The notes under the pieces are model-generated. The model was not told the DNA's origin. It did no database searches and was given only the letters and a program-made list of their open reading frames with translations. A program made the position numbers and the translations under genes. This document shows, in pieces, positions 24,737 to 38,100 of a stretch of 64,000 bases of DNA (position 1 is its first letter; every line of letters begins with the position of its first letter). The stretch comes from Azolla caroliniana (lineage: Eukaryota > Plantae > Polypodiophyta): contig JBHGNT010000012.1 of NCBI GenBank assembly GCA_043228905.1, positions 4,092,001 through 4,156,000 of the forward strand, written 5' to 3'.

Positions 24737-25714
24737 ACGTAATTCTTTTCATAGAATCCCCCGATCTATTTTAACTTGACTTTTTGTGCTTTTCTCCCTT
24801 CACACATGCCACATCATGAGAATGTGGAATTCTAAAAGAGTAGAGGTGTGCATGTGTATTTTATTTGTCTAAACCTTATCCTTAATATCGATACAGTTTA
24901 ATATTTACAATAGTTTACAAAATTATCCACATGTGTCGACAAATGCATCTTCTTGAATCAATTTCCATACATCAATGATCCTAAACTATGTAAGGGGTTT
25001 AACATGGCTTCTCACCATGTGTTGATGGAGCCACAACAATCACCCTCACCAAACTCCTTTCATAGTAGAGGTTCCTCGTCTTTGTACTCGTCTTCAAGTC
25101 GATCCACTTCATTAAGCTCTTCAATTAATGTCTAATTAGATACGCAAGTTGTCATTTCTTGAAGATCTTCACCCAATTCCCTACCATCAATACCTGAGGT
25201 ATCTTCTCGTCAAATTTGCAATCATTGCGTACTAAGATCATAGACTTTTCATACTTCATATCGCTCGACCTATCGATGAGAAAACTTCCATAGCCTATTA
25301 TGTTTAGGGTCAATGCAATACTTGTACAGAAGCATATGGTCGGCCTTGTTCAATCTTTCCTAGTTGTAGTTAATGTTTCTTGTCAAGCTAACCTTTCTTA
25401 TTATCACCACACCACAAACTTGACATCCATTGGTCTTTTCTTAGATTTACAAGTAATTTTCCCTCGACGTCCTTGTTTCTCTTAACATTATAGCCTAAAT
25501 GCAAATCATACTCCCAATGAACATTATTAATTTTTGTCCCATCATATGCATGGGGCATTTAATTAGTGACCATACTATGTGTTGTTTGATCTACACACAA
25601 TGCATACAAAAGAAGTCGCAACCATGTCTTGATTTACCTATCTCATGCCTTCACCAACACTTCAACAATTGAAGTATGGCCCCACTTTATCTTCTTGTTA
25701 GTTATAGGTTTTGG

Positions 25715-26148
25715 GACATTATTAGAGGGATGCCGAGGTTTGTGAAGAAATCATGTGATGCTTTAGAATAAAGTTCCTCATGCTTCATCACAATTTGACT
25801 GATGTAATCGTACTTGCAAATAAGATTTTAGAAGAGATAGATGCAAGCAATGTAATCACTAAGATGACCCTTTCAATTCTCCTAGTCACACATCCACATA
25901 GAGTGCTCCTTGGGGTAATCTAATAATGTGGAACATTATTAGAGGGTTATTGAGATTTGCGAAGAAATCGGGCGCCGCTTTAGAATAAAGTTCCCCATGG
26001 TTCATCACGATTTGACTGATGTAAGTGTACTTGCAAATAAGATTTCAAAAGTGATAGAGGCAAGCAATGTAATTGGTAAGATTACCCTTTCAATTCTCCC
26101 AGTCACAATCCACATAGTGTGCCTCCTTGGGGTAACCTAATAATGTGG
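25715..26148. repeat. Diverged ~217-bp tandem duplication
   Basis: ACATTATTAGAGGG...TAATAATGTGG occurs twice in tandem (~25717 and ~25933). Confidence 0.75.
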
Positions 26149-27156
26149 TGCTATGTAAGTGTTGTTTAGGTATTGGAATCAGAAGAGCAATAGGAACCAG
26201 ATAGAATACAATCACCAACTTAGAACATCAACTCAAGAGGGTTCAAGTGTCTTATCCACAACAAAATGGACCCTTAAAACCTCATGGACAAAAATTTGGG
26301 CTCATTCCCTAACATTCCTCTTGAGATATGCATATTGTTATAATAAAATATTGACTCCTTTACCCATGATGTGAAAATTAAAATCACCCCTAGCATAACC
26401 ACAATAACGGAGGATGGATGTAAACCTCTATGCTTTTCTTGGCATGAGGGATCATCTCTATTTGAATATTGATTAACCTATAGAGTATTGAGTGCAATTG
26501 TGTATTGGGAGATCAATCTAATGTTGTCTTTGGAAGGGAATTCCAATATGGGACACCCCTAGCCTATTTGTGTGCCTTTCACTTTAGGAGATACATGTTC
26601 ACACCGTTCGTTCCATCTTGAGAAGAGGAACAAGAATGATTGCTTAGATCTTATCAAAGATGAATTCATAAGCTCAAAGCCACAACATATAAATATACCT
26701 TTGAAACAACAAAACCATGATACATGTAAACACAAATTGAACCAAGATTTCCAAAATGTTTTTTCATTTTCATTGTTCTAGATGCAAATTTTTTTATAAC
26801 GAAGATCTTGTCTTTTGAAGTTTTCTTTTAGCATGTAAAAGAATGCAAGCATATACAACAATTAATAGATTGAATCATTCAAACTAAACATCATTTATGA
26901 ATTTCATACAAGGAGAGTATCAGCTCTTTAGAGAGGGCCCAAGGAAAACGTCGGAATGACCATGAAATAATGCCCATGATTTGATTCATTAAAAACATTT
27001 TGGAAAAAGAAAAAAGGATAGAAATACAAAGGCATATAAAATAAACGGAGTTCTAATATTCTCATTAGGCGGGTGAATGGATAATGGCAAACAAAAAAAG
27101 TAGAAGTGATACAACTTAATGAACTTGAAAGATGGCTTGAAGAGTTTGTACCATGC

Positions 27157-28927
27157 TTTTATCTTGAATCCATCTAATCATTTGTGCTCTTACTTTGTAA
27201 TAATTAAGTTGTAGTATACACACGTTGCATTAGCACGTTTGGAGGACAAATAAGAGAATGTTATGTGAGCAATCAATTCACAAACTCTAAAAATCTATGC
27301 TCATTTGAGACTTCAACAATGTGCTTGTCTTTAAGAAACTTCATGTAAGAAACACTTTAGACAATTGAAATTTCTTTTACTCAATGAACAAATCTCAATT
27401 TAAAAGAGCACAAAGTACATATTCAATAAGTCTCTCAACACATTCTTGAAGTTATTCTCCATTATTTGTTCGTTGGTAGACTAAAATTAATGTGAATGAA
27501 AGGAGATCCTTTTTATCTTGAATCCATCTAATCATTTGTGCTCTTACTTTGTAATAATTAAGTTGTAGTATACACACGTTGCATTAGCACGTTTGGAGGA
27601 CAAATAAGAGAATGTTATGTGAGCAATCAATTCACAAACTCTAAAAATCTATGCTCATTTGAGACTTCAACAATGTGCTTGTCTTTAAGAAACTTCATGT
27701 AAGAAACACTTTAGACAATTGAAATTTCTTTTACTCAATGAACAAATCTCAATTTAAAAGAGCACAAAGTACATATTCAATAAGTCTCTCAACACATTCT
27801 TGAAGTTATTCTCCATTATTTGTTCGTTGGTAGACTAAAATTAATGTGAATGAAAGGAGATCCTTTTTATCTTGAATCCATCTAATCATTTGTGCTCTTA
27901 CTTTGTAATAATTAAGTTGTAGTATACACACGTTGCATTAGCACGTTTGGAGGACAAATAAGAGAATGTTATGTGAGCAATCAATTCACAAACTCTAAAA
28001 ATCTATGCTCATTTGAGACTTCAACAATGTGCTTGTCTTTAAGAAACTTCATGTAAGAAACACTTTAGACAATTGAAATTTCTTTTACTCAATGAACAAA
28101 TCTCAATTTAAAAGAGCACAAAGTACATATTCAATAAGTCTCTCAACACATTCTTGAAGTTATTCTCCATTATTTGTTCGTTGGTAGACTAAAATTAATG
28201 TGAATGAAAGGAGATCCTTTTTATCTTGAATCCATCTAATCATTTGTGCTCTTACTTTGTAATAATTAAGTTGTAGTATACACACGTTGCATTAGCACGT
28301 TTGGAGGACAAATAAGAGAATGTTATGTGAGCAATCAATTCACAAACTCTAAAAATCTATGCTCATTTGAGACTTCAACAATGTGCTTGTCTTTAAGAAA
28401 CTTCATGTAAGAAACACTTTAGACAATTGAAATTTCTTTTACTCAATGAACAAATCTCAATTTAAAAGAGCACAAAGTACATATTCAATAAGTCTCTCAA
28501 CACATTCTTGAAGTTATTCTCCATTATTTGTTCGTTGGTAGACTAAAATTAATGTGAATGAAAGGAGATCCTTTTTATCTTGAATCCATCTAATCATTTG
28601 TGCTCTTACTTTGTAATAATTAAGTTGTAGTATACACACGTTGCATTAGCACGTTTGGAGGACAAATAAGAGAATGTTATGTGAGCAATCAATTCACAAA
28701 CTCTAAAAATCTATGCTCATTTGAGACTTCAACAATGTGCTTGTCTTTAAGAAACTTCATGTAAGAAACACTTTAGACAATTGAAATTTCTTTTACTCAA
28801 TGAACAAATCTCAATTTAAAAGAGCACAAAGTACATATTCAATAAGTCTCTCAACACATTCTTGAAGTTATTCTCCATTATTTGTTCGTTGGTAGACTAA
28901 AATTAATGTGAATGAAAGGAGATCCTT
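27157..28927. repeat. Tandem array, 5 x 354 bp, apparently identical copies
   Basis: ATCTTGAATCCATC starts at 27161, 27515, 27869, 28223 and 28577 (period 354). Confidence 0.97.
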
Positions 28928-31899
28928 GGGAGATTTATTTCAAAAGATGCATTCGGAGTGACAACAAAATGATTGAGATCTTTTGTTATGTAAAATTTAA
29001 ATGTATCTTCATTCAATGCATGCATGGTAATTTCCTCCTAGTTCTTATCACTTGTACTTGCAACTACTTCTCACTTTTTCTTGTTCATTGTAATTGTAAT
29101 CATGACCATAATCAAATGTTGGCCTACCATCGAGTGTATATTTTTGGTGATAAAAAAACAACGATCAAATCCTTGGTGCACAGAAAGTTGTTCACCTCAA
29201 CACCGTACTCAACAGATCTACACTTTGTCCCTCTAAAGTTGTGCCCATGTTCATATTGAATACTAGTACAAGATAAGCACGAGTGTATATTTTGTTGATA
29301 AAAAAAATACATTGATCAAATCCTTGGTGCAAGGAGAGTTGTTTGTCATATCGTCTTACTGAATTGTTCTAAACTTTGTCCATGAAACTATACTTAAAGA
29401 GATATAGTATTGGCATGTAGATCTATGATGAGGTACTCATTTGCTTCCATGTTTGACTATTAGTATGCATAATGCTCACCCACTTGTAATGTCATGGGGC
29501 CAATAATAATCCCCCCTTCACCCATGTTCGTTTCCAAGGCATAATTCATAAAACAAATTACAAAATATGATAGCTATAGATAGATACAATGGCTCATCAC
29601 GACTTCAATATCATTGACCTCACCCAAAGTAAAATCACATGCACTTTCTCATTACATGTTACTTTCAATATTTAAAGTATTTCACACTTCCTATGATTTA
29701 AAATTTTCATAAGAAACGAATATATAAGTTAGAGTAATTAATTTATGAACATACATTTTTACTTTGAAGCTCGATATAATTTCACAAAGTTCTTATATAA
29801 TCTCACATTACATAAGGAATAACATGTACTCTTATATGCCCAGTAAAACATGGGAATGTATAAAGAACTCTACATCATTCGGTAATACTAGAATCAAACA
29901 TAAATCTAGGGGGTAGCATATATACAAAACAAATATATATATAGGGAGACAATACCATGTTCTTGGTGAAACATGCATTTTGGAGAAGTAGGAATTAACA
30001 AGAATAAAATTGGCAAATGTGCTTTCTTTGCTTTTTTGTTGAATTGAGCTCGATTTCGTTGAAAGTTGTTCCATGGGGATATCCAAATTTTTATTAAAAT
30101 AAAAAAACAAGAAGACATTACGTGCTAGAACACATTGTGAAAGTGGAGCCCTTTTATATCTATAAGATTTGTTACATGTGGACATAGAGTCTTCCTCTCA
30201 TGTCCCCAAGACTTCACATAAAGTCATTGAAGTTCTATAACTTTAGTAACTCATAAAGCTCTAGAAATGAGCTCAATTGTGTTGAGTAGTTCAACATTCA
30301 TAAATGTTTGCATGCCTTTTTTATCTTTAGCGTTCGGTGCTAGGTTTATGCAATCCTTTTGATGAATCACACATATAACTCTCCAGTATTAATCATAAAA
30401 TAGAGGTGAAAGGTACATAAAAAATGCAATATGATGGAGGCTCACTCTAAACTAGGTTAATTTACTGCTTAAATCATCTCCTCGACATTCTAATTTCTTG
30501 GAATACGTTGTCCAGCAAGGTTCACCCTAATCATAATAAAAGCCCAATTTCCTTTAAGAAGAAAACAAATCCATGTTTCCTTTCACCATCAAGGAATAAA
30601 ATATGTGAAACATCAAAGATTTGTCCCTAGAAACGATTAACATTTACATGGTATTGCAATAACAATATGTGGATTTGCTACTAAATATTTGCGCATCAAT
30701 TACGTAGCATTAGTTTATGCTACAATGTTAACATTTTCAAACAAAAATAAAAAAACCATTTTCAAATTTGCTCTTGTTGCTAGGAACGAGGAATATTGAA
30801 AGCCACAACCTCAAAGTAAAAAATGCCTTTTCACAGCGAGAGTAATATCAAAGTCTTATGACACCTACTACTTTTGCTTACAAAGCATAAAGTCTACCAC
30901 GTGTCATTGCATTTATTAGGGTTAAACTTGGAAATATATTCAAGCTTTTCTCTATTTCTCTACTGGCCCACTATACCGTATTTGTTGATCAAATGGGACA
31001 TATAGTAAATGCTCTTTTACAGCTGGCCTTGGGCATTCGCGGAATCACAAAGGCCTAGGGGCAACGAAGAAGCATAATAGCATTTTATCGAGGGGAACCA
31101 AAGCAAACATACAAAGAATCAAGGGGAACCTAAAATAGAAGCCAACAAGTGAGTTTCCACGAAATTGAAAACTATAAGACAATGTTTCCAACCCCACCAT
31201 ACAAAATACAAGTACATGGCTTGAACAATTCCTCTCCTCTAACAAAAATTGAAGACGTATCCATTGTACACTAACGATGCCCAAACCATAAATGAAGGAA
31301 CATACATAAGAAAAGTGAGAGGAGAATCCATAAAGAAATTAAACAAATATCGAGGCTCGAGATCAGCATAGAAAAGATGATCTCATTTGAAATCTCAATA
31401 CATAGGTACCCCATGGACAATGCAAATCGGGGTCGATAATGTGATGAACCAATAACGCCTAGAATGTATCCATAGTACACTGTATAATGTCCAAACACAA
31501 AGGAAGGAATATATATACGAAAGGTGACGAGAATCCATTAGAGAAATCAAACAAATGACGAACATGTTCATCCATCGAAAATATTATCTCGTTCGAAATC
31601 TCAATACAAGTTGTGGACAATGCAAAAATGATATGGGTGAATCAATCAAGCGACAAATGATGCAAAAAGGCTGACTGATTCAATGAACAGACACAAAACA
31701 ACTGCCAACAGATCGGCTAAGAGATGCCAAAGCAATGGCGACAAAATCGATCGATCAATGAGCAATGCAACATCGATCGCGATGAATCGATGAATCAATG
31801 AACGATACCAAAGCGATAGTGGCAAACCAATTAATGAACATGCAGACCTTGAAAAAATGAGAAGACACGATTGTGGCGGAGAAGAATTTTGTTCATGCC

Positions 31900-32130
31900 A
31901 TACCAATACATACATGAGTATGTACATACGTACAAATACATGGTGATACTATTACATACATACATGTGTACGTATTCACGTACATACATACAAATACATA
32001 CGGATGCTATTACATACAATACATACATACAATACATACATACATACATACATACATACACAAACACATACATACATATAGTCTATGTAAACAAACTCTC
32101 TCTCTCTTTCTCTGTGTGTCTCTGTCTCAG
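31900..32130 (+). repeat. (TACA)n and (CT)n microsatellite tracts immediately upstream of the ZIFL start codon
   Basis: Directly visible simple repeats; the CT tract ends a few bases before ATG 32135. Confidence 0.85.
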
Positions 32131-32134
32131 AGCT

Positions 32135-35100
32135 ATGGCGGAATCCACTGACAGAACTCCTCTTCTTCATGACAAGAATCCGCATGGCGATTGCCCAGGT
32201 TGCCTCCTTGCTCGAAGAAAGATAGAATCCAAAGAAGTCCCAAGGAAACAGCTGGTTCTCGTCGCGTTTCTCGTCCTCTGCGCTGGTAACTAATTAATCT
32301 CCATTCGCTCATCGTCTTTATAATATGAACCCATTCATCTCTCTCTCTCTCCCTCGTACCAAATGTTAGCTCAACGATACCAATTCCATCGACACACTAT
32401 ATACATACATATGTTTGAGCTCCATGAAGTTTCCACAAAAAATTTCGATAATTGAAATAATTAGTATATACCTTATCCTTATGTTGGACATTATGCTTGA
32501 ATCTCGGATCTATCAAGCTCATTCTGAGCTCACCATAAGGCCCCTATATTTCTTCAGTTTTTTCTTCTCTTCTTTTCTGATATGCGTGTGTATGCATTTA
32601 ATCCTGAAATATCTCTCCCTATATTTTTTCTCCTATAATGAAGCAGTTGATTTGTCAAGGTAATCTTGAGAATGATGATGATGATGATTATCATCATCAT
32701 CTGAATGAATCAATGCCTCGAATAACTAAGCCGTGGTAAAAATTAATAGATTAAAGTCTCCATTTTATCTTACCATCCGAAGGTTGATCAATGCCTCAAA
32801 TAACTAAGCCATTGTAAAAACTTAATAGATTAAAGTCTCCATTTTGTGTGTGCGTGTATGTATGTATGTATTTTACCCTGAAATATCTCTGCCTATATTT
32901 TTTCTCCTATAATTAAGCTGTTGAAGGAAGATTCAGAGATGTTGAGGAATCTTGAGAATGATGACGACGACGATGATGATGATTATCATCATCAGCTGAA
33001 TGAATCAATGCCTCGTATAATTAAAGCCTCCATTTTATCTTACGATCTGAAGGTTGATCAATGGCTTTGTTTTGGATCGCCATAAGCTTGTTCTTTGTGT
33101 TTTTCACCCTGTCTGCATGTAATGAATTAGTGGCTGAGAAAAAATCTTTCTGTTGCTCTGTTGACAGCTTTGCCGATTTCATCACTCTTCCCATTCATAT
33201 ACTTCATGGTAAATACAGGAGGTAGAATAGTTTTTGTAGATAAAAGTCTAAATTTTTAATCTTATTCCTACATTGGTAGTAAATGCACTATGGTCTGCAC
33301 TATTTTGCTACACAGGTGAGAGATCTAGGTATAGCAGAGTCGGATACGGATATCGGCACATATGCAGGTTATATAGGTAAAAAGGAAATTATAAAAATGG
33401 CAAATCCTCTTGATCATTGAATGGTAGTTTGATTTTGAATCTCGTTCAGTTTCTTCCTTTGTTGACTATGTATGTGCAAACAAAAGAAGGAAAACTCTGA
33501 AATACCTGCCCTGTGCAAATTTCTTTATTTCCCTGAATGTGCCCAAGTTTCCCTTCATTACCTAAAATGCTGCTGGCTAACGATCTAAAAGAGATCACAA
33601 AGAGATGAATTGAATCACATACTGGCCCAATCAGCAGATGTAATTGCTCTGGGGAGACTGAATGTGCTCTTCAGGAACTAATTTAAGAGAAACATGGGTA
33701 TTTTTTAGAGTTTTGTTTTTTATCACATCAGAATGCAAATCTCCTAATTTTTGTAGACTTGGTTTGTATAAAATATTGTTGCAGGATCAGCCTTCATGTT
33801 TGGGCGTTGTCTAACTTCGACACCTTGGGGCATGTTTTCTGATAAATTCGGTCGCAAACCTGTCATGGTTATCGGTACTTCAGCAACGTAATTTGATGAT
33901 TTTTAAACTTATTTCTCTTGATGTAATTTTGGCATATGATCATGACTTAACTTTCTCTCGATTTTTACTTTCTCAGAATTGTGTTCAATACACTCTTTGG
34001 CTTCAGTCCAAACTATTGGGTAGCATTGCTGTCAAGATTTTTGCTTGGATTTTGCAATGGAACACTAGGAACCGTCCGAGTATATGTTACTTTCATCATT
34101 TTGAATAAAATGTTTGCTCATTTGTTCTCTTTCTCTTTGGATCATGAAGTAGTCAAAATAACCTTCAATTTGTAGGCATATGTATCGGAGATTTGTATTG
34201 AAGAGCATCAAGCGCTTGGGTTATCAGTGGTAAATGAAATGTTTTCTCAGTCCATATGAAATATACTCTTTTTTATTCGTCATCATAGAACGTTTACTGA
34301 CGTTTGGAGATTAATGGAATATTAGGTGGGCACAATGTGGGGTCTTGGTTTGATAATTGGTCCAGCTATCGGCGGATACCTTGCACTAGTATGTATATAA
34401 TCCTCCTGCACTAGTATGTATATAATCCTCCTGTTTGACTCCCTTCATTTTATATATTTTGCATGGCTTCTAAGTTTTTCTCAAAATCTTGTCTTCTAGA
34501 TTAGAGCAATATGTGTAATTTCCATGTCTCTAAGCTCAAACTTTTAATCTATATTCATCTATTATGTGCTGCATTCTATCCTTAGGAGGGTGCTTCAACA
34601 TTCATTTATGATTTTCCCATATATATTGAATGCCATTGATTGTTTACTCTTGTATTGCATCATTTTTACAGCCTAGCGAGAAGTATCCAACCATCTTTCC
34701 AAGTGGATCCCTTTTTGACCAGTGAGTTTTCTGAGAAAAATCTGTAAAACCATATTAAAAAGTTGTTTATATATGGCTATATATTTGTCCAATTTGTATC
34801 ATAAGTTTTTCCTTGAGTTTTTCAGGTTCCCCTATGCTTTACCATGTTTATGCATATCTTTCTTCTCTGTGGTGGGACTTCTTGTATTCTTTTGGCTTCC
34901 GGTAAGCTGCAAAAATCGTACAGAATGTAATATATTCTCTTTATCGATGCTCTGTGGAAAGAAAGAAAGAAAGAAAAGACTTCTCTTTTTGTGTCTACGA
35001 GACTATTGCTGCATATCTTTCATATTTCTCCACAACTGGATATTGCAAATGCTTAATGGTGCAAACAACATTATGGAATGCATTCTGTTTTGAAATACAT

Positions 35101-38100
35101 ATATGGATGTTTTCTGATAGAAAGAAAAAAAGTTTTCTCCACCAACTGGAGAATCAATGGAAATTGCCAAATACTTATGAATTGAATGTTCACTGTTCTT
35201 TTTATTGAACCAGGAAACCGCACACAACCATGCTGTTGTGGTTCCTAGCCAAGTTCCGCATCAGCCTGCGAACAATAGCAACTCAAATGGAAAAAAAGAG
35301 GATTACTTGGTTGAAATACCTCAAGAAGAAAATGTAAAAACTGCAAATGTGTCGATATGGAGAAACAAGCCAATGATTGCTGCAATCGCTCTCTACTGTG
35401 TTTGGGGATTACATGATATGGCATATTCTGAGGTATATAATTTTTAGAAGCTGTGGATATAATTTTTAGGACCTTTATATGTATATTTTCAAAGTTGTGG
35501 GTATATTATATCGAGCCATCATGGGTTTTTACAAATTACTTCCATTTCTTCTGGTTCTGAAATGCTTACATCTTTCGGTAATGCATACATTTTCCTAAAA
35601 CTCTTGTAAATCCTTCTGTATCTCAGATTTTTTCTTTATGGGCAGTCAGCCCTGCAACCTATGGAGGATTAGGATTGACGACCGCAGAAGTAGGCGATGT
35701 CCTTGCCGTCGCAGGTTCAAAACCATTTATTAGTTTAATCCTGTGGATGTTATTTCGTTAGTAAGTATAAAATAAATGCTCAATGAATAGGTATACCTAT
35801 TGACAGCATTTTTATTCTAGCATTAGTTACATAAAGCTGTAACTAACTCTATTTGCTTCTTTGTTTTTCACTCACTCTCACTCTCTCTCTCTCTTTATAT
35901 AGGAGCTGCACTGCTTCTATTTCAGGTTTTTGTGTTTGCATTGTTGGCGAAGAGAATTGGTGCTATTTTGATAGCTCGTATTCCAGCAGTAAGATTACTC
36001 CCTATTCTTTGTTGTTGTTCACTTCATCTTTGTTATATGTATCAATGCCCACATTCTTTCACTCTAAATTTTTTTGTGAATCTATAGATTTTTGCATTGT
36101 TATGATATTGTTGTGCACAAACTGTTGAATTGCATTCGAGCAGTACTTTTCATGTGCTGTTCCAAAACTCTTAACATGTACTCCTCATAGGCTGATTTAC
36201 ACCACAGTTTCAGCCTTTTAAGTGAAGACTTGTAGTTCTCTGGTTTTATTATTGTATTTTATAAGATTGTTTTTTATGAGATTGTTTTTTTGCTTGTTAA
36301 TCTGATCCAAAAAGTTTAGCATTAATGCTTCTGTTAACAGCTCGATCCAAGACAAATTAGAAAACCCTTTACATTTCTCAGTTTTTTTAACAGGTTATAT
36401 CGATTCCCTTAACTTTGGTCTATCCTTTGATGGCGTTGTTGAGCGGGCCACTGTTATGGGTGGTTCTTATGTCGGCGGCTTGTATCAAGAACATCTTATC
36501 AGTAAGCTGCGTGTTTCGTTGATTTTGTTTACACATATTTCTGTGTCATTGGATTGGTTTTATTTCATAAGTTTTCTATGTGTGTGCATGTAGAGGCATG
36601 TGTAGGTCACTCACTATTCATGCTTAGTACATGTATGAGGAGGATGGTGTGCATGTAGAGGCATGTGTAGGTCACTCACTATTCATGCTTAGTACATGTA
36701 TGAGGAGGATGGGGTGCATGTAGAGGTATGTGTAGGTCACTATTCATGCTTAGTTCATGTATGGGGATCCTCCTGTCTTATATCAACTGAGATTTTTTAA
36801 GTTGAATTAAGGGATCCAAGGTTCAAGCGTATGGAACTCTTAACTCAATTCCTTCATGTCGAGAAACGGTGAAGAAAAAAAGTTTCTTAGCATTTTTTTT
36901 TCAAATTCATGCATTGGGGAGATATATAGCATATAATTGATTGAAGTTTTGGCTCGTGAAAAATATAAGGATGATTTTGCGAGTCTAGAACAAATCCAAA
37001 GCTTGCAACAAGTTTTCTACAATCAAAGACTAAATGCCCGTAGTTAATATTGCTTTAAAGAATTTATGATGAACCATAGAGAGTACATAACAACACAACT
37101 GGTCTAGACATTTAAATATAAATTCGACACTTTTGAGCTCTTCATTTGCATTCAATCAATGCACGTATCTCAATAAGGACATCAACTATTGTTGCAAAGT
37201 ATTTTTCTTTTTTGAAGGACCATTTTCCCTCAATTAGAATCACAAGAAAAGTTAATAATAGCCACATGAGAACATCCAAGTATATTCTTCAATGTACCTT
37301 TTAACAATCTTTTGATATAAATTAGATACTCCATAAAAAAGGCAATGTTATTCATAGCTATGAACTTTTTAGAAAGTGATGTTTGAACAAGAAAAAGCTA
37401 GAAGGAAGAAAAAATTGTAGCATGGATATAAAAAATGCCATTAGGTTAGACTTCTCAAAAATTTTACAATAGAAACAATCTTGGATAGATGAGAACGGGC
37501 ATTCAAACAAGAAAAAGATGCGTGGAAAACATTGTAGCGTGAATGTAGCAAGGTGTACTTGGGTTCGCCTATTCACCCCTGTTGATCCCACTATAACATC
37601 TCATACGGGTGTCCTAACACTTTCTAAATTGTCGACAACAAGATAATCTGGGTCAATGTTTCAAATTTTAAACACTAGAAACCATGTTGGAGATAAGATT
37701 ATACACATTGTTTTTATTTTATCCGATGCAAAGTTTGGGACAAAACAAATAGATATCAATAAGTTTCATGTGATAAATTAGACATATGGAAATCTTGGAA
37801 TAGAGGACAATTTGATTTCCATCTACTTCTATTAATTAAATGAAGTGGATAAGGTCGAGTTTATAAGAAAAGAATTGTAATTTGAAAAGAAAAGAAGAAA
37901 ATGGCCAGCAATAGTTCCTCGTGACAAGACTAGGTCAAATAGTGTCATTTCTTCTTTCTAAAAAGATCTCTCAAATCATGTTGGCCTTTTAATTGAAACA
38001 CGTGATCTTTGTCAAATTATTAAGAAGTCTCCAAAGTTCCAACCTAGTTATGTTTTGACCCTATGGATAGCCACAGAAAACTTGATCTTGCAAACTTTTT

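Noticed and set aside
24740-27150. Possible old retroelement/transposase remnants
   Set aside because: Coding-like texture but no motif, terminus or TSD that I could support.
27157-28927. Array as CRISPR or coding repeat
   Set aside because: Head-to-tail identical units, no spacers, no ORF, eukaryotic context.
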